A stretch of DNA of 64,000 bases from an uncultured Nitrospira sp. (GCA_902500775.1 CABVRZ010000007.1:17412-81411), one strand, 5' to 3'; positions 9,707-21,225 are shown, numbered from the stretch's first letter. Numbers and translations: made by a program. Notes: generated from the sequence alone by a model not told the origin.

Positions 9707-11305
9707 TTACGTCACGCCGTGGCGTGTTAGGCGAAGCTGATCGCCAGCCGGTCTTGTAAGAGTCGCATTCAGCGCTGAGGGAATCTGTTCAAGCAAGTCT
9801 CCGGCGATCATGCTGATTTCCCCTTTTCCCGCTGAAGCTAGATCACCGGAAGCCCCATGCAGGTAGGTTGCTGTACAGGCAGCCTCCCATGACGGTAGGC
9901 CTTGTGCCAATAGACCAACAACCATCCCTGTCAACACATCACCGGTCCCAGCGGTAGCCATACCAGGGTTGCCCGTCGGACAGATTGCGACGGTGCCGTC
10001 AGGTCGTGCGATCACGGTCCTTGCCCCCTTCAAAATAACGAACAGCCCACGCTCCCGTGCGAAACGAGTTGCGGTACCAATGCGATCACGATTGACGCTT
10101 TGCGGAGTTGCCTCAGCCTCCAACCGAGCCATTTCACCAGGATGGGGTGTGATAATCGGGGGTGTTTTGCACGACGCGAGGATTGCGGCCCGTCCAGTCA
10201 AGGCATTCAGTGCATCAGCATCAAGAACTGCTGGGCACTCAAGTCGTGTGGTTAAGGCCTGGACCAGTTCAACTGTCTCAGGATGAGTGGATAAGCCCGG
10301 TCCGATTGCCACCGCATCTCTAGCAGCCACGAAGGCGAGCAGGCGATCTAGCGCGGCCCGAGAAAGGGTTCTGGCTTTTGTCTCCGGCATCGGCACCGTC
10401 ATGATTTCCAAGAGTTTGGCTTCCAATATATCGTTCAGGCTTGACGGAGTCGCGATGGTGACGAGGCCAGCCCCCACCCGCAGCGCTGCTTGTGCAGCCA
10501 TCGCTGCGGCCCCCGTTTTTCCGACCGCACCCGCGATGATACCGGCATGTCCATACGTGCCCTTGTGACCGGATCGCTCACGTCGTGGGAGACACTGTTG
10601 AACCCACTCCGGTGTGATCAGCGCCACTCGACTCTCCAGGGCATCGACATACGATGGCGGTATTCCAATGTCTACCAGGTTGATGTCCCCAGCCAGGTCG
10701 ATCCCTTGATTCTGGTAAAGCCCCACCTTCGGAAGCCCAAAGGTGACGGTGAGCGTGGCGCAAACAGCCTGGCCAAGCGCAGTTCCCGTATCGGCATGAA
10801 GCCCGGACGGCACATCCACGGACACGATGGGGCGTCCCACTTCATTCATGCCCTCAATGACTTCGCTGTAGCGACCCGTGACGGACGAGGACAGCCCTGT
10901 CCCAAGCAATGCGTCCACCAGCAAGTCGCTTTCCCGGAAAAGCGAAAGCGCGGCGTCTTTGGATTTGTAGGAGAGGACGGAGGTTCTGTTGGCGGCCTTC
11001 ACAAACTGCCGGTACATCAAAGCGGCGTCACGGCTTAGTTCGGATGGGGAAGCCATCGTCAGGATGCGGACATGGGCCCGGCGGCGTCGGAGGAGACGGG
11101 CGGCGACGTACCCATCACCACCATTATTCCCCTTCCCGCAGACCACAGTGATCGTTTTCCCGCTGACAGGACCGCCCCACCGCTCGATGCAAGAGGCCAC
11201 GCCGGACCCTGCTCGTTCCATCAGCGTGGTCGCGGGGATACGAGCTTCTCCAATGGTCCGATGCTCGAGTTGCTGCATTTGTGCAGCAGTGACGATTTTG
11301 ATCAT
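9707..11305 (-). CDS. nnr: Bifunctional NAD(P)H-hydrate epimerase/dehydratase (YjeF/Nnr)
   Basis: CGKGNNGGDG, DALLGTG, VDVPSG, HKGTYG, AIGPGL, DADAL, TPHPGEMARL and ATAGTGDVL. Confidence 0.96.
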   Translation of the reverse strand: MIKIVTAAQMQQLEHRTIGEARIPATTLMERAGSGVASCIERWGGPVSGKTITVVCGKGNNGGDGYVAARLLRRRRAHVRILTMASPSELSRDAALMYRQFVKAANRTSVLSYKSKDAALSLFRESDLLVDALLGTGLSSSVTGRYSEVIEGMNEVGRPIVSVDVPSGLHADTGTALGQAVCATLTVTFGLPKVGLYQNQGIDLAGDINLVDIGIPPSYVDALESRVALITPEWVQQCLPRRERSGHKGTYGHAGIIAGAVGKTGAAAMAAQAALRVGAGLVTIATPSSLNDILEAKLLEIMTVPMPETKARTLSRAALDRLLAFVAARDAVAIGPGLSTHPETVELVQALTTRLECPAVLDADALNALTGRAAILASCKTPPIITPHPGEMARLEAEATPQSVNRDRIGTATRFARERGLFVILKGARTVIARPDGTVAICPTGNPGMATAGTGDVLTGMVVGLLAQGLPSWEAACTATYLHGASGDLASAGKGEISMIAGDLLEQIPSALNATLTRPAGDQLRLTRHGVT

Positions 11306-11309
11306 GAAA

Positions 11310-11324
11310 AGCTAATGATTATCA
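11310..11324. promoter_or_regulatory. Fur-like 7-1-7 inverted repeat immediately upstream of the nnr start codon
   Basis: Minus strand TGATAAT-C-ATTAGCT matches the Fur consensus TGATAAT-N-ATTATCA at 12 of 14 positions. Confidence 0.45.
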
Positions 11325-11358
11325 ATTAAACGGAACCTTGATGAGAGACGAGATGTCC

Positions 11359-12072
11359 TTAGCCCAACAACGTCTTCATTTCCTTCACGGCTTGGGCCAG
11401 GCCCACGAGAACGGCACGGGCGATAATACTGTGCCCAATGTTGTATTCAACGATTTCAGGGATATGCGTTAGCCGCTTGATATTGCGGTAGTTCAGCCCA
11501 TGTCCGGCATTCACGCCGATTCCGAGTTTATACGCGAGTTTTGCCGCGAGACTAATAGCATCAAATTCGGTGTCGGCTTCCTTCGAGCGTGTTGCATTGG
11601 CGTAACGGCCCGTGTGCAGCTCCACGAAATCCACTCCAATTTTATGGGCGGCTTTAATGTGGGTCAAATCCGGCTCAATAAACACGCACACGGGGATTCC
11701 ACCATTACGGAGCAAGCTGACAATGTGCTGAATGCGTTCTCGTTCGCCTACGACATCGAGGCCACCTTCCGTCGTGAGCTCTTGTCGCTTTTCAGGAACC
11801 AGTGTCACAAGGTCCGGCTTGATGTTGAGGGCAATCTTCGCCATTTCCACGTCAGCCGCCATCTCAAGATCAAGCTTCGTTCGGGAAATTTCCCGAAGCA
11901 GGTGAAGGTCCCGATCCTGGATATGGCGCCGATCTTCTCGCAGATGAACGACCAACCCGTCTGCCCCTGCCAGCTCGACGAGAACGGCGGCTGCCAACGG
12001 ATCGGGATCGGTTCCACCGCGCGTCTGTCTCAAGGTCGCCACATGGTCAATATTCACGCCGAGCCGAGCCAT
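11359..12072 (-). CDS. pdxJ: Pyridoxine 5'-phosphate synthase
   Basis: LGVNIDHVATLRQ, HLREDRRHI, VELHTG and NAGHGL...EYNIGHSII. Confidence 0.98.
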   Translation of the reverse strand: MARLGVNIDHVATLRQTRGGTDPDPLAAAVLVELAGADGLVVHLREDRRHIQDRDLHLLREISRTKLDLEMAADVEMAKIALNIKPDLVTLVPEKRQELTTEGGLDVVGERERIQHIVSLLRNGGIPVCVFIEPDLTHIKAAHKIGVDFVELHTGRYANATRSKEADTEFDAISLAAKLAYKLGIGVNAGHGLNYRNIKRLTHIPEIVEYNIGHSIIARAVLVGLAQAVKEMKTLLG

Positions 12073-12250
12073 TCACCCTCCTTCACAGCTATGCTACTGG
12101 GTAAAATAAAAGACAAGAGACAGATGAGCGAGACAACCCCAACGCTATTAGTAGCAGAAAGGGGTGAGAGGGGGCAAGAACGGTCAAGGCAAAGACGTTT
12201 CCGTGGCAAACGACCTCATCTTTGACGGGATGTTTTGAAAATGTAGGAAA

Positions 12251-12279
12251 TTGACTGGACTAGACTGCTCCATTAAAAT
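12251..12279 (+). promoter_or_regulatory. Sigma70 promoter of the aspartate-family amino acid operon
   Basis: TTGACT, 17-bp spacer, TAAAAT; about 80 bp upstream of the alaC ATG. Confidence 0.65.
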
Positions 12280-12360
12280 AGGCACTTCTCTAACTTCCAC
12301 ACTCGGTTACCGCGGCGAGCTGGGTGAGCATTCTCCCGCACGAACAGTCAAAGGAACTTC

Positions 12361-13557
12361 ATGGGGTTGGGTGACGGGTTTTATCGAATCAAACGATTGC
12401 CTCCGTATGTCTTCGCTCAGGTTCAAGCACTGAAGCTGGAGGCCCGGCAACGAGGCCAGGACATCATCGACTTCGGCATGGGGAATCCCGATCAACCGAC
12501 CCCTCCACACATCGTCGAGAAAATGATCGAGGCCGCGCGTAAAGGAAAAAATCATCGCTACTCCGCGTCGCGAGGGATCACCAAGCTCCGGCATGCGATT
12601 TGTGGATGGTATAAGCGAAACTATGATGTCGATCTCGATCCAGAGACGGAAGCGATTGTCACCATCGGATCAAAAGAAGGCCTGGCGCATCTCGCTCTGG
12701 CCATCATTGGGCCCGGCGACGTGGTCATGACTCCCACGCCGACCTATCCCATTCATATGTACAGCTTCATCATTGCCGGGGGCGAAGTCTGTGGCATAGA
12801 GCTTCGCCAGGACAGTGATTTTTTTGAGGATCTGACGCGCGTCTATCGGCAAACCTTTCCTCGACCTAAGATCCTCGTCATCAATTTCCCGCACAACCCG
12901 ACGACAGCCGTGGCGGATCTTGGGTTTTTTAAAAAGATCGTGGCATTCGCCAAGGAACACAACGTCATCGTGATTCATGACCTGGCCTATGCTGATCTGG
13001 TATTTGACGGATATAAAGCCCCGAGTTTTCTTCAGGTTCCTGGAGCAAAAGACTGTGGGGTGGAGTTTTATACCCTATCAAAGGCCTATAATATGCCGGG
13101 CTGGCGAGTCGGCTTCTGTGTCGGGAATCGAGAAGTCGTCGGTGCGCTGGCGAAGATCAAGAGCTACCTCGATTACGGTATTTTCCAGCCTCTGCAAATT
13201 GCAAGTGTGATTGCCTTGAACGGGCCACAAGATTGTGTCAAGGACACCGTGCATCGCTATCAAAAACGGCGCGACGTGCTGGTCGGTGGGCTCAACCGCA
13301 TCGGGTGGTCGGTTGCGAAGCCGTTGGCGACGATGTTTGTCTGGGCGCAAATTCCCGTACCCTATCGTCACATGGGGTCGCTGGAGTTTTCGAAACTCCT
13401 GCTTAAAGAAGCAAAGGTCGCGGTGTCACCAGGAATCGGCTTCGGTGAGGGAGGCGATGAATACGTACGATTTGGACTCGTGGAGAACGAACACCGCACA
13501 CGCCAAGCCGTGCGGGGGATCCGTAAGGCCCTCAAGCTTGAGGGAGACGAGGAATGA
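12361..13557 (+). CDS. alaC: PLP-dependent class I aminotransferase (AlaC/YfdZ family)
   Basis: [33 protein letters not shown] and [12 protein letters not shown]. Confidence 0.85.
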   Translation: MGLGDGFYRIKRLPPYVFAQVQALKLEARQRGQDIIDFGMGNPDQPTPPHIVEKMIEAARKGKNHRYSASRGITKLRHAICGWYKRNYDVDLDPETEAIVTIGSKEGLAHLALAIIGPGDVVMTPTPTYPIHMYSFIIAGGEVCGIELRQDSDFFEDLTRVYRQTFPRPKILVINFPHNPTTAVADLGFFKKIVAFAKEHNVIVIHDLAYADLVFDGYKAPSFLQVPGAKDCGVEFYTLSKAYNMPGWRVGFCVGNREVVGALAKIKSYLDYGIFQPLQIASVIALNGPQDCVKDTVHRYQKRRDVLVGGLNRIGWSVAKPLATMFVWAQIPVPYRHMGSLEFSKLLLKEAKVAVSPGIGFGEGGDEYVRFGLVENEHRTRQAVRGIRKALKLEGDEE

Positions 13558-14867
13558 AGTCGCGGATTGGAGTGGGGATTATCGGGTTTGGGACGGTCGG
13601 GACCGGGGTTGCCAAGACACTTCTCAGCAATGCCGATCTCATTCGTCGCAGAGTTGGTGTGCCGATTGAATTGGTTCGTGTTGCAGATCTGGATATCGCG
13701 AAGGATCGAGGGGTGTCAGTAGCCTCTGGGGTCCTCACGACCGATGCCAAGCAAGTCTTGGCGGATCCCAATGTTGATATTGTGATCGAACTGATCGGTG
13801 GGTACGACACGGCGAAGCGAATCATACTCGAGGCCATCGCTGCAGGGAAACATGTTGTCACGGCCAACAAGGCGCTCTTAGCACTGCATGGTGAAGAAAT
13901 TTTTGCCGCTGCCACGCGAACGGGTGTAGAACTAGGGTTCGAGGCCAGTGTGGGTGGTGGAATCCCTGTGATTCGGGCGTTGACGGAAGGGCTGGCCGGC
14001 AATACGATCGAGTCCATCTACGGGATTATCAATGGGACCTCCAACTACATTCTGTCGAGAATGACCCAGGAAGGGGACGACTTTCAGGCGGTGCTCCAAG
14101 ACGCCCAGCAGGCAGGTTACGCGGAGGCGGATCCGACGTTTGATGTTGCCGGGGTTGATTCCGCGCATAAACTAGCGATCCTGGTCAATCTCGCTTACGG
14201 CACTCCTGTTAACTTTAAGGACATCTATACGGAAGGGATCACGAACATCACCCCGACCGACATCGTGTATGCCAAGCAGTTTGGCTGCACGATTAAATTG
14301 CTGGGTATCGCGAAGTGCGTGAATGGAGAAATCGAAGCGCGGGTCCATCCCACGATGCTCCCCTCGACCTCGCCCATTGCACAAGTCGAAGATGTATATA
14401 ATGCCATTCAACTCGTTGGAGATGCTGTTGGTGATGTCGTGCTCTTCGGGCGTGGCGCTGGGTCCATGCCAACCGGGAGCGCGGTGGTCAGTGATGTGAT
14501 TGCCATCGGCCGTAATATGCTCAAAGGTGCGATCGGTCGAGTTCCAGTTGCCTCATTTCAACAGGACCAACGGCGACCGCTGCGGCTTCGGGCCATGGAA
14601 GAGATCAGCTCGCTCTACTATCTCCGGTTTACCGTGGTGGACCGGCCTGGCGTGTTGGCGCAGATTGCAGGCGAACTAGGACGCTGCGGGATCAGTATTT
14701 CTTCCATGGTTCAACAGGGGCGCCGTGAGGGGCAGACTGTGCCGGTTGTCATCAAGACGCACATGGCCAAAGAACGGGATGTACAAACTGCGCTTCGCGA
14801 AATCAACCGGCAAGCGTTCGTAGCTGAGGCGACGAGACTGATCCGTGTGGAAGGTAGAGACGAATAG
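13554..14867 (+). CDS. hom: Homoserine dehydrogenase with C-terminal ACT domain
   Basis: [43 protein letters not shown] and ACT motif [10 protein letters not shown]. Confidence 0.97.
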   Translation: MKSRIGVGIIGFGTVGTGVAKTLLSNADLIRRRVGVPIELVRVADLDIAKDRGVSVASGVLTTDAKQVLADPNVDIVIELIGGYDTAKRIILEAIAAGKHVVTANKALLALHGEEIFAAATRTGVELGFEASVGGGIPVIRALTEGLAGNTIESIYGIINGTSNYILSRMTQEGDDFQAVLQDAQQAGYAEADPTFDVAGVDSAHKLAILVNLAYGTPVNFKDIYTEGITNITPTDIVYAKQFGCTIKLLGIAKCVNGEIEARVHPTMLPSTSPIAQVEDVYNAIQLVGDAVGDVVLFGRGAGSMPTGSAVVSDVIAIGRNMLKGAIGRVPVASFQQDQRRPLRLRAMEEISSLYYLRFTVVDRPGVLAQIAGELGRCGISISSMVQQGRREGQTVPVVIKTHMAKERDVQTALREINRQAFVAEATRLIRVEGRDE

Positions 14868-14870
14868 CCG

Positions 14871-15929
14871 ATGAATCGTTGGCGCGGGGTCATAGAGGAA
14901 TACCGTAAATTCCTTCCGGTGACTGAAAAGACACCCATCATCAGCTTGGGGGAGGGCAATACTCCGCTGATCCCTGCCGCGCGGTTGGCCAAGGCCATTG
15001 CACCGGGCATTGAACTCTATCTCAAGTTCGAGGGGGTTAATCCCACGGGGTCATTTAAGGACCGTGGGATGACGTTCGCCATTTCAAAGGCCGTGGAAGG
15101 TGGTGCGCGGGCAGTTATGTGCGCATCGACGGGGAATACGTCAGCCTCGGCTGCAGCGTATGGGGCGCGAGCCGGACTATCTGTGTATGTCTTGATCCCT
15201 GCTGGCAAGATTGCGATGGGCAAGTTGTCCCAGGCGATGATGCATCAGGCGACAGTTATTCAAATCGAAGGGAACTTTGACCAAGCCCTCACCCTCGTCA
15301 AAGACTTATCGGCCTCACTTCATATCGAATTAGTAAACTCCGTGAACCCATTCAGGATTGAAGGGCAGAAAACCGCAGCCTTTGAGGTCTGTGATCAGCT
15401 CGGCGATGCCCCGGCTCTTCACGTGTTGCCGGTCGGGAACGCAGGGAACATCACGGCGTATTGGAAGGGCTATACAGAGTATCGTGCGGCCAGTCAGATC
15501 ACTCGACTGCCCCGTATGATGGGGTTTCAAGCGGCTGGTGCCGCTCCTCTTGTCTTGGGTAAGATCGTCGAACAACCTCAAACTATTGCGACGGCCATTC
15601 GAATCGGCAATCCGGCGAGTTGGTCAGCGGCGTTGAACGCCGTGGAGCAGTCTTCCGGGGCGATCGATATGGTAACCGACGAGGAAATTCTTCAGGCGTA
15701 CACACTTGTGGCGTCCACAGAAGGGGTTTTTTGCGAGCCGGCCTCAGCGGCATCGGTAGCTGGCGTAGCCAAGCTTCACCGGAGTAAGGTGCTACGGGAA
15801 GGCGACACAGTGGTATGTACGCTAACAGGACATGGGTTGAAGGATGCCGATACAGCCATCTCCGTGTCCAAACAACCACTCACTGTCAAGGCGACGCGTG
15901 AGGATGTTGCTCGTTTACTGAACGTGTGA
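14871..15929 (+). CDS. thrC: Threonine synthase
   Basis: [41 protein letters not shown] and [10 protein letters not shown]. Confidence 0.97.
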   Translation: MNRWRGVIEEYRKFLPVTEKTPIISLGEGNTPLIPAARLAKAIAPGIELYLKFEGVNPTGSFKDRGMTFAISKAVEGGARAVMCASTGNTSASAAAYGARAGLSVYVLIPAGKIAMGKLSQAMMHQATVIQIEGNFDQALTLVKDLSASLHIELVNSVNPFRIEGQKTAAFEVCDQLGDAPALHVLPVGNAGNITAYWKGYTEYRAASQITRLPRMMGFQAAGAAPLVLGKIVEQPQTIATAIRIGNPASWSAALNAVEQSSGAIDMVTDEEILQAYTLVASTEGVFCEPASAASVAGVAKLHRSKVLREGDTVVCTLTGHGLKDADTAISVSKQPLTVKATREDVARLLNV

Positions 15930-15945
15930 AAGGCGTGTAGACTCG

Positions 15946-17154
15946 ATGAAATATGTGATCGTACATGCTGGTGGGATGGCGGACCACCCACAAGCAGAAC
16001 TCAATGGTCGGACACCACTGCAAGCGGCAGTCACTCCCCATCTCGATCAGCTTGCTCAAATCGGAGAACTCGGTCAGCTGATGATTCCCAGCGAAGGGGT
16101 TCGTCATGGAGGTGGGTTGCTCGGCGCGGCGATCCTTGGCTATGACCCGAAGAAATACTATCAGGGCCCTGGGCCGCTAGAAGCGGCCAGTTTGGGTGTC
16201 TCGGTGACGGGACACGACGTGGTCTATCGCTGTACGATGGTGACGTTGCGTCCGGACGCTGGCAAGGGCGCTGAGATCAAGAAATTGGGCCCGAGCGTCA
16301 TGATGGATGATGCGACGGGCGGTTTGATTGAGACTGAAGAAGCCCGAGAATTACTCGAGGCGATCAATGAGCAGCTTGGCTCAGAAACCATTCAGTTCTA
16401 TCCGGGCGCCGGTCATCGCCACCTTATGGTCTGGGTGAATGGCAAGCCGCGAGCGATCTGTAACGATCCACAGTCCGTCCTTGGTCAATCCATTGCCGAT
16501 GCCCTGCCTACGGGAGACGGCTCAGACATTCTCCGAAAACTCATGGATGCTTCGCATATGATTTTGCGCGATCATCCGGTTAACGATGAGCGGATTGCCG
16601 AGGGGAAGAAGCCGGCAAATTGTGTGTGGCTATGGGGCGAAGGACGAGCCGTTCTGTGGCCGAGCTTGACGGAAAAATACGAGGTTGCCGGAGCTATCGT
16701 GGCAACCAGCGATGTCTATCGCGGGGTCGGGATCTGTGCTGGCCTCGAGGCAGTCGATCCTGAGCGACTCGCCGATGGCGATCTTCGTACCAGGGCCTCC
16801 GTGGCGCTTGCTGAGTTCGCCAAGAAAGATTTTGTGTATGTCCATGCCCGGTTGACGGACGAAATCATCCACGGGACCGATATCAAGGCCAAAGTGCGTG
16901 GGATCGAAGAGTTCGATCAGCATTTGGTTGGTCCGCTTGTTGACGGGTTAGCTAAACAAGGCCCCTTTCGGTTCTTGGTCGTGTGTGAGCACGGACGAGG
17001 GGTGAATGGTCAACCATTCTATGCATTCGGTGAGGGAAGCAAGAAGGTGGCCGAATCAGCGAGTCGTCGCTTCACAGAGGTCGATGCTCAAGCAGCCAAC
17101 ATGCCTGCCCGTGACGCGACCAAGTTCGTGAATAAGTTCTTCTCCAAAAACTGA
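15946..17154 (+). CDS. ApgM/cofactor-independent phosphoglycerate mutase-like protein (family proposed as homoserine kinase) with a degenerate active site
   Basis: [38 protein letters not shown] and DFVYVH. Canonical GDG reads AGG and PGSD reads HGGG. Confidence 0.85.
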   Translation: MKYVIVHAGGMADHPQAELNGRTPLQAAVTPHLDQLAQIGELGQLMIPSEGVRHGGGLLGAAILGYDPKKYYQGPGPLEAASLGVSVTGHDVVYRCTMVTLRPDAGKGAEIKKLGPSVMMDDATGGLIETEEARELLEAINEQLGSETIQFYPGAGHRHLMVWVNGKPRAICNDPQSVLGQSIADALPTGDGSDILRKLMDASHMILRDHPVNDERIAEGKKPANCVWLWGEGRAVLWPSLTEKYEVAGAIVATSDVYRGVGICAGLEAVDPERLADGDLRTRASVALAEFAKKDFVYVHARLTDEIIHGTDIKAKVRGIEEFDQHLVGPLVDGLAKQGPFRFLVVCEHGRGVNGQPFYAFGEGSKKVAESASRRFTEVDAQAANMPARDATKFVNKFFSKN

Positions 17155-17159
17155 CCATC

Positions 17160-18383
17160 GTGGCGTTGATTGTCCAGAAATACGGCGGTACATCGGTTGG
17201 TACAACTGAACGTATTCATCGGGTGGCTGACCGGGTCGCTCGCACGCAGCAGGAGGGCAATCAGGTCGTCATCGTACTCTCCGCGATGAGTGGAGAAACA
17301 GACCGCCTCATTAAACTCGCGCATGAAGTGACCGCGACTCCCGATGATCGTGAAATGGACATGCTGCTCTCCACCGGGGAGCGGGTGACCATTGCCCTGT
17401 TAGCGATGGAGTTACGGGGCCGCGGTATCAACGCCCGCTCCTTTACGGGACGGCAGGTGGGCATCGTGACCGACAGTGCCCATACGAAGGCGCGGATCGC
17501 GAGCGTAACGGCCGGACGGCTCCGCGAAGCCCTGGAGCAAGGGGTGGTGCCTGTGGTAGCGGGGTTTCAAGGCATCAACGAACGGTCGGATGTGACGACG
17601 CTGGGACGAGGTGGGTCTGATCTTTCCGCGGTTGCGGTCGCGGCGGCGCTGAAGGCAGATCGATGCATCATCTTCACCGATGTCGACGGGGTCTATACCG
17701 CTGATCCCAATATTGTCCCGGCCGCGAAACGTATCGACAAGATTTCCTATGAAGAGATGCTCGAAATGGCTAGTCTTGGTGCGAAAGTGCTGCAGACCCG
17801 ATCGGTGGAATTCGCGGCCAAATTCAGCGTGCCGGTCGAAGTGAATTCCAGTTTCAAAGAAGGAAAGGGAACGCTCGTGACGAAGGAAGATACGGATATG
17901 GAAGCGGCGGCGGTTTCCGGAGTCACGGGGGATCGGAATCAGGCAAAAATCACGATCATTGGTGTTCCGGACAAGCCGGGCATTGCCGCCAGGATCTTTG
18001 GACCCGTAGCGGAGGCGAACATCAATGTCGACATGATCATCCAGAATGTCAGTCATGCGACTCTGACAGATCTCTCCTTTACCGTTCCGCGGGCAGATCT
18101 AAAAAAAGCCGTACCTCTTATCCAAGGCGTGGCGAAAGACATCGACGCCAAGTCGGTCTCCGTCACCGAAGCCATTGCGAAAGTCTCGCTCATCGGCGTC
18201 GGCATGCGGTCTCACTCTGGCGTCGCGGCCAAGATGTTCAACGTCCTTTCACGTGAGGGGGTCAACATCATGATGATCAGTACGTCAGAGATCAAAATCT
18301 CCTGCGTCATTGATGAGAAGTACCTCGAACTGGCCATGCGCTCGCTCCATTCAGCATTCGGCCTCGATCAAATACAGTCCTGA
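17160..18383 (+). CDS. lysC: Aspartate kinase
   Basis: [29 protein letters not shown] and two ACT domains. GTG start. Confidence 0.97.
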   Translation: MALIVQKYGGTSVGTTERIHRVADRVARTQQEGNQVVIVLSAMSGETDRLIKLAHEVTATPDDREMDMLLSTGERVTIALLAMELRGRGINARSFTGRQVGIVTDSAHTKARIASVTAGRLREALEQGVVPVVAGFQGINERSDVTTLGRGGSDLSAVAVAAALKADRCIIFTDVDGVYTADPNIVPAAKRIDKISYEEMLEMASLGAKVLQTRSVEFAAKFSVPVEVNSSFKEGKGTLVTKEDTDMEAAAVSGVTGDRNQAKITIIGVPDKPGIAARIFGPVAEANINVDMIIQNVSHATLTDLSFTVPRADLKKAVPLIQGVAKDIDAKSVSVTEAIAKVSLIGVGMRSHSGVAAKMFNVLSREGVNIMMISTSEIKISCVIDEKYLELAMRSLHSAFGLDQIQS

Positions 18384-18552
18384 ACGATTCAGCCAAGGCC
18401 CGTGCTCCTCATCGAGACACACCTGTAGTAGCTAAATAAGTACGAGAGCGGATCGCTGTTTCTCCTCAAGAGGCTGGTTCAATGATGGAGTCACGTTGTC
18501 TGCCGCTCAACGTCTCGACAGAAGAGCCCATCTCCTGATACCCTTCACCATC

Positions 18553-20214
18553 ATGGCTCGAAAAACCTCTCGATCAAGCCCTTCCCGGGCTTCTCGCGAT
18601 TCACGGAAGATTCCTCAACCACGGCTGTCACCAAGTCAGACTGCGGCATTGGAAATCTATGACACCACGTTGCGTGATGGTGCGCAGGCGGAGGATGTCA
18701 GTTTTTCAGCGGAAGACAAGGTTCTGATCGCGCAGAAGTTGGATAGTCTGGGCGTGCATTTTATTGAAGGTGGCTGGCCTGGTGCGAATCCGAAAGATAT
18801 TGAATTTTTCCGGATGATCAAGACCATTCCGATCAAGCAAGCGGAAGTCATCGCTTTCGGATCAACCAGAAAAGCCAGCAATCCTGCCCGCAAGGATCCA
18901 AATCTTCAGGCACTACTCGCCGCTGACACGAAGATCATTACGCTCTTTGGGAAGACCTGGTCGCTCCATGTCACTGATGCGCTCGGTATTTCGCTCCAGA
19001 AGAATCTGGCGTTGATCGGTGATTCCATCGCCTATCTTCGTGGGAAAGGGCGCCGGGTATTCTACGACGCTGAGCATTTCTTTGATGGCTATAAGACCAA
19101 CTCGGACTATGCCTTGAATACGATTAGGAAAGCGGTAGAGGCCGGGGCAGAGCGAGTCATCCTCTGTGATACGAACGGGGGCACGATGCCATGGGAAATC
19201 CGTGAGATCTGTGGCGTGGTGCAACGCGAGTGCGGGGTGCCCCTTGGTATCCATGCCCATAACGATTGTGAAATGGCCGTGGCGAACTCACTGGTCGCCA
19301 TCGACATGGGGATTCTTCAAGTGCAGGGAACGATCAACGGCATTGGGGAACGGTGTGGTAATGCCAACCTCTGTTCCATTATTCCGAATCTTGAGCTCAA
19401 GATGAAACGCCAGGCCTTGACCAATACCTTGAGCCATCTCAAGGATGTGTCGGGATTTGTGACGGAGATCGCCAATCTGATGCCCAATAAGCATCAGCCG
19501 TATGTTGGAGATTCTGCATTTGCCCATAAAGGTGGGGTGCATATTCACGCGGTGTTGAAGAATTCGGCCACCTATGAACATATCGATCCAGCTCGCGTCG
19601 GCAATCGGCAACGGATGTTGATCTCCGACTATGGAGGGCGGAGCGGCCTGCTCGACAAAATCGAAGCGTATGGGATTAGGCTCTCAAAGGATCACGAGAA
19701 AGTTGATGAGCTGGTCCATACATTAAAGGAACGAGAAAGCCAGGGTTATCAATTCGAAGGTGCGGAGGGGTCCTTTGAATTGTTGATGCGAAAGGCGATG
19801 GGGAGCCACAAGTCGTCATTTCAACTGCTCGGGTTTCGGGTGATTGTTGAGAAAAAGCAGGAGGATGGCTTGCTGTTGTCTGAAGCGACGGTGATGGTGA
19901 AGGTGGGGGACGTGGTCGAGCATACGGCCGCGGTCGGAGCAGGACCGGTAAATGCGCTCGATCATGCGTTGCGAAAAGCCTTGGAAAAGTTCTATCCCCA
20001 GCTTCAGGAAGTGAAATTGCTCGACTATAAGGTCCGGGTCTTAGCAGCGAACCGGGGGACGGAATCAAAAGTGCGTGTCTTGATCGAGTCGGGAGATCAC
20101 AAAGACATATGGGGAACGGTAGGGGTCTCCGAAAACATCATCGAAGCGACCTGGCAAGCCCTCGTCGATAGTATCGAATACAAGCTACTTCCAAAAACTA
20201 GAGTATTTTCGTAA
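18553..20214 (+). CDS. cimA: (R)-citramalate synthase
   Basis: YDTTLRDGAQ, IEGGWPGANPKD, DAEHFFDG, HAHND, HKGGVH and LeuA-type regulatory domain GPVNALD. ATG 18553 preferred over TTG 18496. Confidence 0.93.
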   Translation: MARKTSRSSPSRASRDSRKIPQPRLSPSQTAALEIYDTTLRDGAQAEDVSFSAEDKVLIAQKLDSLGVHFIEGGWPGANPKDIEFFRMIKTIPIKQAEVIAFGSTRKASNPARKDPNLQALLAADTKIITLFGKTWSLHVTDALGISLQKNLALIGDSIAYLRGKGRRVFYDAEHFFDGYKTNSDYALNTIRKAVEAGAERVILCDTNGGTMPWEIREICGVVQRECGVPLGIHAHNDCEMAVANSLVAIDMGILQVQGTINGIGERCGNANLCSIIPNLELKMKRQALTNTLSHLKDVSGFVTEIANLMPNKHQPYVGDSAFAHKGGVHIHAVLKNSATYEHIDPARVGNRQRMLISDYGGRSGLLDKIEAYGIRLSKDHEKVDELVHTLKERESQGYQFEGAEGSFELLMRKAMGSHKSSFQLLGFRVIVEKKQEDGLLLSEATVMVKVGDVVEHTAAVGAGPVNALDHALRKALEKFYPQLQEVKLLDYKVRVLAANRGTESKVRVLIESGDHKDIWGTVGVSENIIEATWQALVDSIEYKLLPKTRVFS

Positions 20215-20233
20215 GCATTCGCCAAATTTATTC

Positions 20234-20262
20234 TTGACAGGTATCATAACCTCACGTAACTT
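20234..20262 (+). promoter_or_regulatory. Sigma70 promoter upstream of ihfA
   Basis: TTGACA, 17-bp spacer, TAACTT. Confidence 0.65.
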
Positions 20263-20344
20263 AAGACAAACTCACCGCTACGAGTAAATGGAATGGTTAT
20301 CGTGGAGCGAGCGGTGGTTGGTCGTTGTTATGTAGGGGGGTGGC

Positions 20345-20620
20345 ATGAGAAAGGCGGATATCGCTGAGGAAATTTTTAAACAGGTTGGCATCTCAAAAAA
20401 TGAAGCGGCTGATATCGTCGAGTTCGTGCTGAATCTCCTCAAGTCGGTACTGCAGAAGGGAGAGTCGGTAAAAATCGCGGGGTTTGGAAATTTTGTCGTG
20501 CGCAGCAAAGGCGCACGAAAGGGACGTAACCCACGGACTGGAGAAGAGATTGGGATTACCCCCCGGCGAGTCGTTACATTTCGGCCAAGCCAGGTATTCA
20601 AGAAGTACGTCAATTCGTAA
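20345..20620 (+). CDS. ihfA: Integration host factor subunit alpha (HU/IHF family)
   Basis: VKIAGFGNFVVR and GRNPRTGEEIGITPRRVVTFRPS. Conserved ihfA-merR-tRNA-Pro context. Confidence 0.9.
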   Translation: MRKADIAEEIFKQVGISKNEAADIVEFVLNLLKSVLQKGESVKIAGFGNFVVRSKGARKGRNPRTGEEIGITPRRVVTFRPSQVFKKYVNS

Positions 20621-20650
20621 GAGGACATCACCCACATTGTCGACCAAACC

Positions 20651-21013
20651 GTGAGGCCGGTCATGGGAACTGAGCCCAGGCTGGGCAGCAAGGTTTTCTA
20701 TAAGATCGGCGAGGTCAGTCGGCTGACAAGACTTCCCTCGTATGTACTCCGTTTCTGGGAATCTCAATTCGCATTTTTAAAACCCAAAAAAAGCCGAGGC
20801 AATCAACGACTGTATGTTCAACGAGATATCGAAACCGTTTTGCACATCAAGCGCATGCTCTATGAAGAAGGCCATACGCTCGAAGGGGTGAAACGGTATT
20901 GGGTTCGTCGTGGGAGGGCGGCCACCCGCCGGCTGAAACCACGGGAGATTGCGAAAAAGTTGAGGGGGGATCTCCAAGTCATTCTGAAGATTCTTGATTC
21001 GCATTCATCATAA
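20651..21013 (+). CDS. MerR family transcriptional regulator
   Basis: FYKIGEVSRL...YVLRFWESQF...KPKKSRGNQRLY. Confidence 0.9.
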   Translation: MRPVMGTEPRLGSKVFYKIGEVSRLTRLPSYVLRFWESQFAFLKPKKSRGNQRLYVQRDIETVLHIKRMLYEEGHTLEGVKRYWVRRGRAATRRLKPREIAKKLRGDLQVILKILDSHSS

Positions 21014-21094
21014 ATCAGAAGTGAGGCTGCATTTCACCGAAGACAATCATGAGAGAATCTGCGACAATGACTGGCTCGAAAGTTGAGAACACGT

Positions 21095-21171
21095 CGGGGC
21101 GTAGCGCAGCCCGGTAGCGCACTCGCTTGGGGTGCGAGTGGTCGTGGGTTCAAATCCCGCCGCCCCGACCA
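21095..21171 (+). tRNA. tRNA-Pro (anticodon GGG)
   Basis: Acceptor stem CGGGGCG/CGCCCCG, anticodon stem CTCGC/GCGAG with loop TTGGGGT, T-loop GGTTCAAATCC, encoded CCA; 77 nt. Confidence 0.97.
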
Positions 21172-21225
21172 GTTTGCAGAGTCTTGAGGGAATGAAGGAA
21201 GGGCGCTGATTTCTCTGTTCCGTCG

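Noticed and set aside
11306-11358. Absence of acpS between pdxJ and nnr, where it often lies in other bacteria
   Set aside because: No remnant is visible in the 53-bp gap, and the gene may simply be elsewhere. It is not informative from this window.
11500-12225. Long alternative-frame ORFs (e.g. 11500-12225 +, 17412-18056 -, 36033-36731 -, 52709-53320 +, 60676-61383 -)
   Set aside because: They are antisense shadows of well-supported genes in a GC-rich genome, with no motifs or SD.
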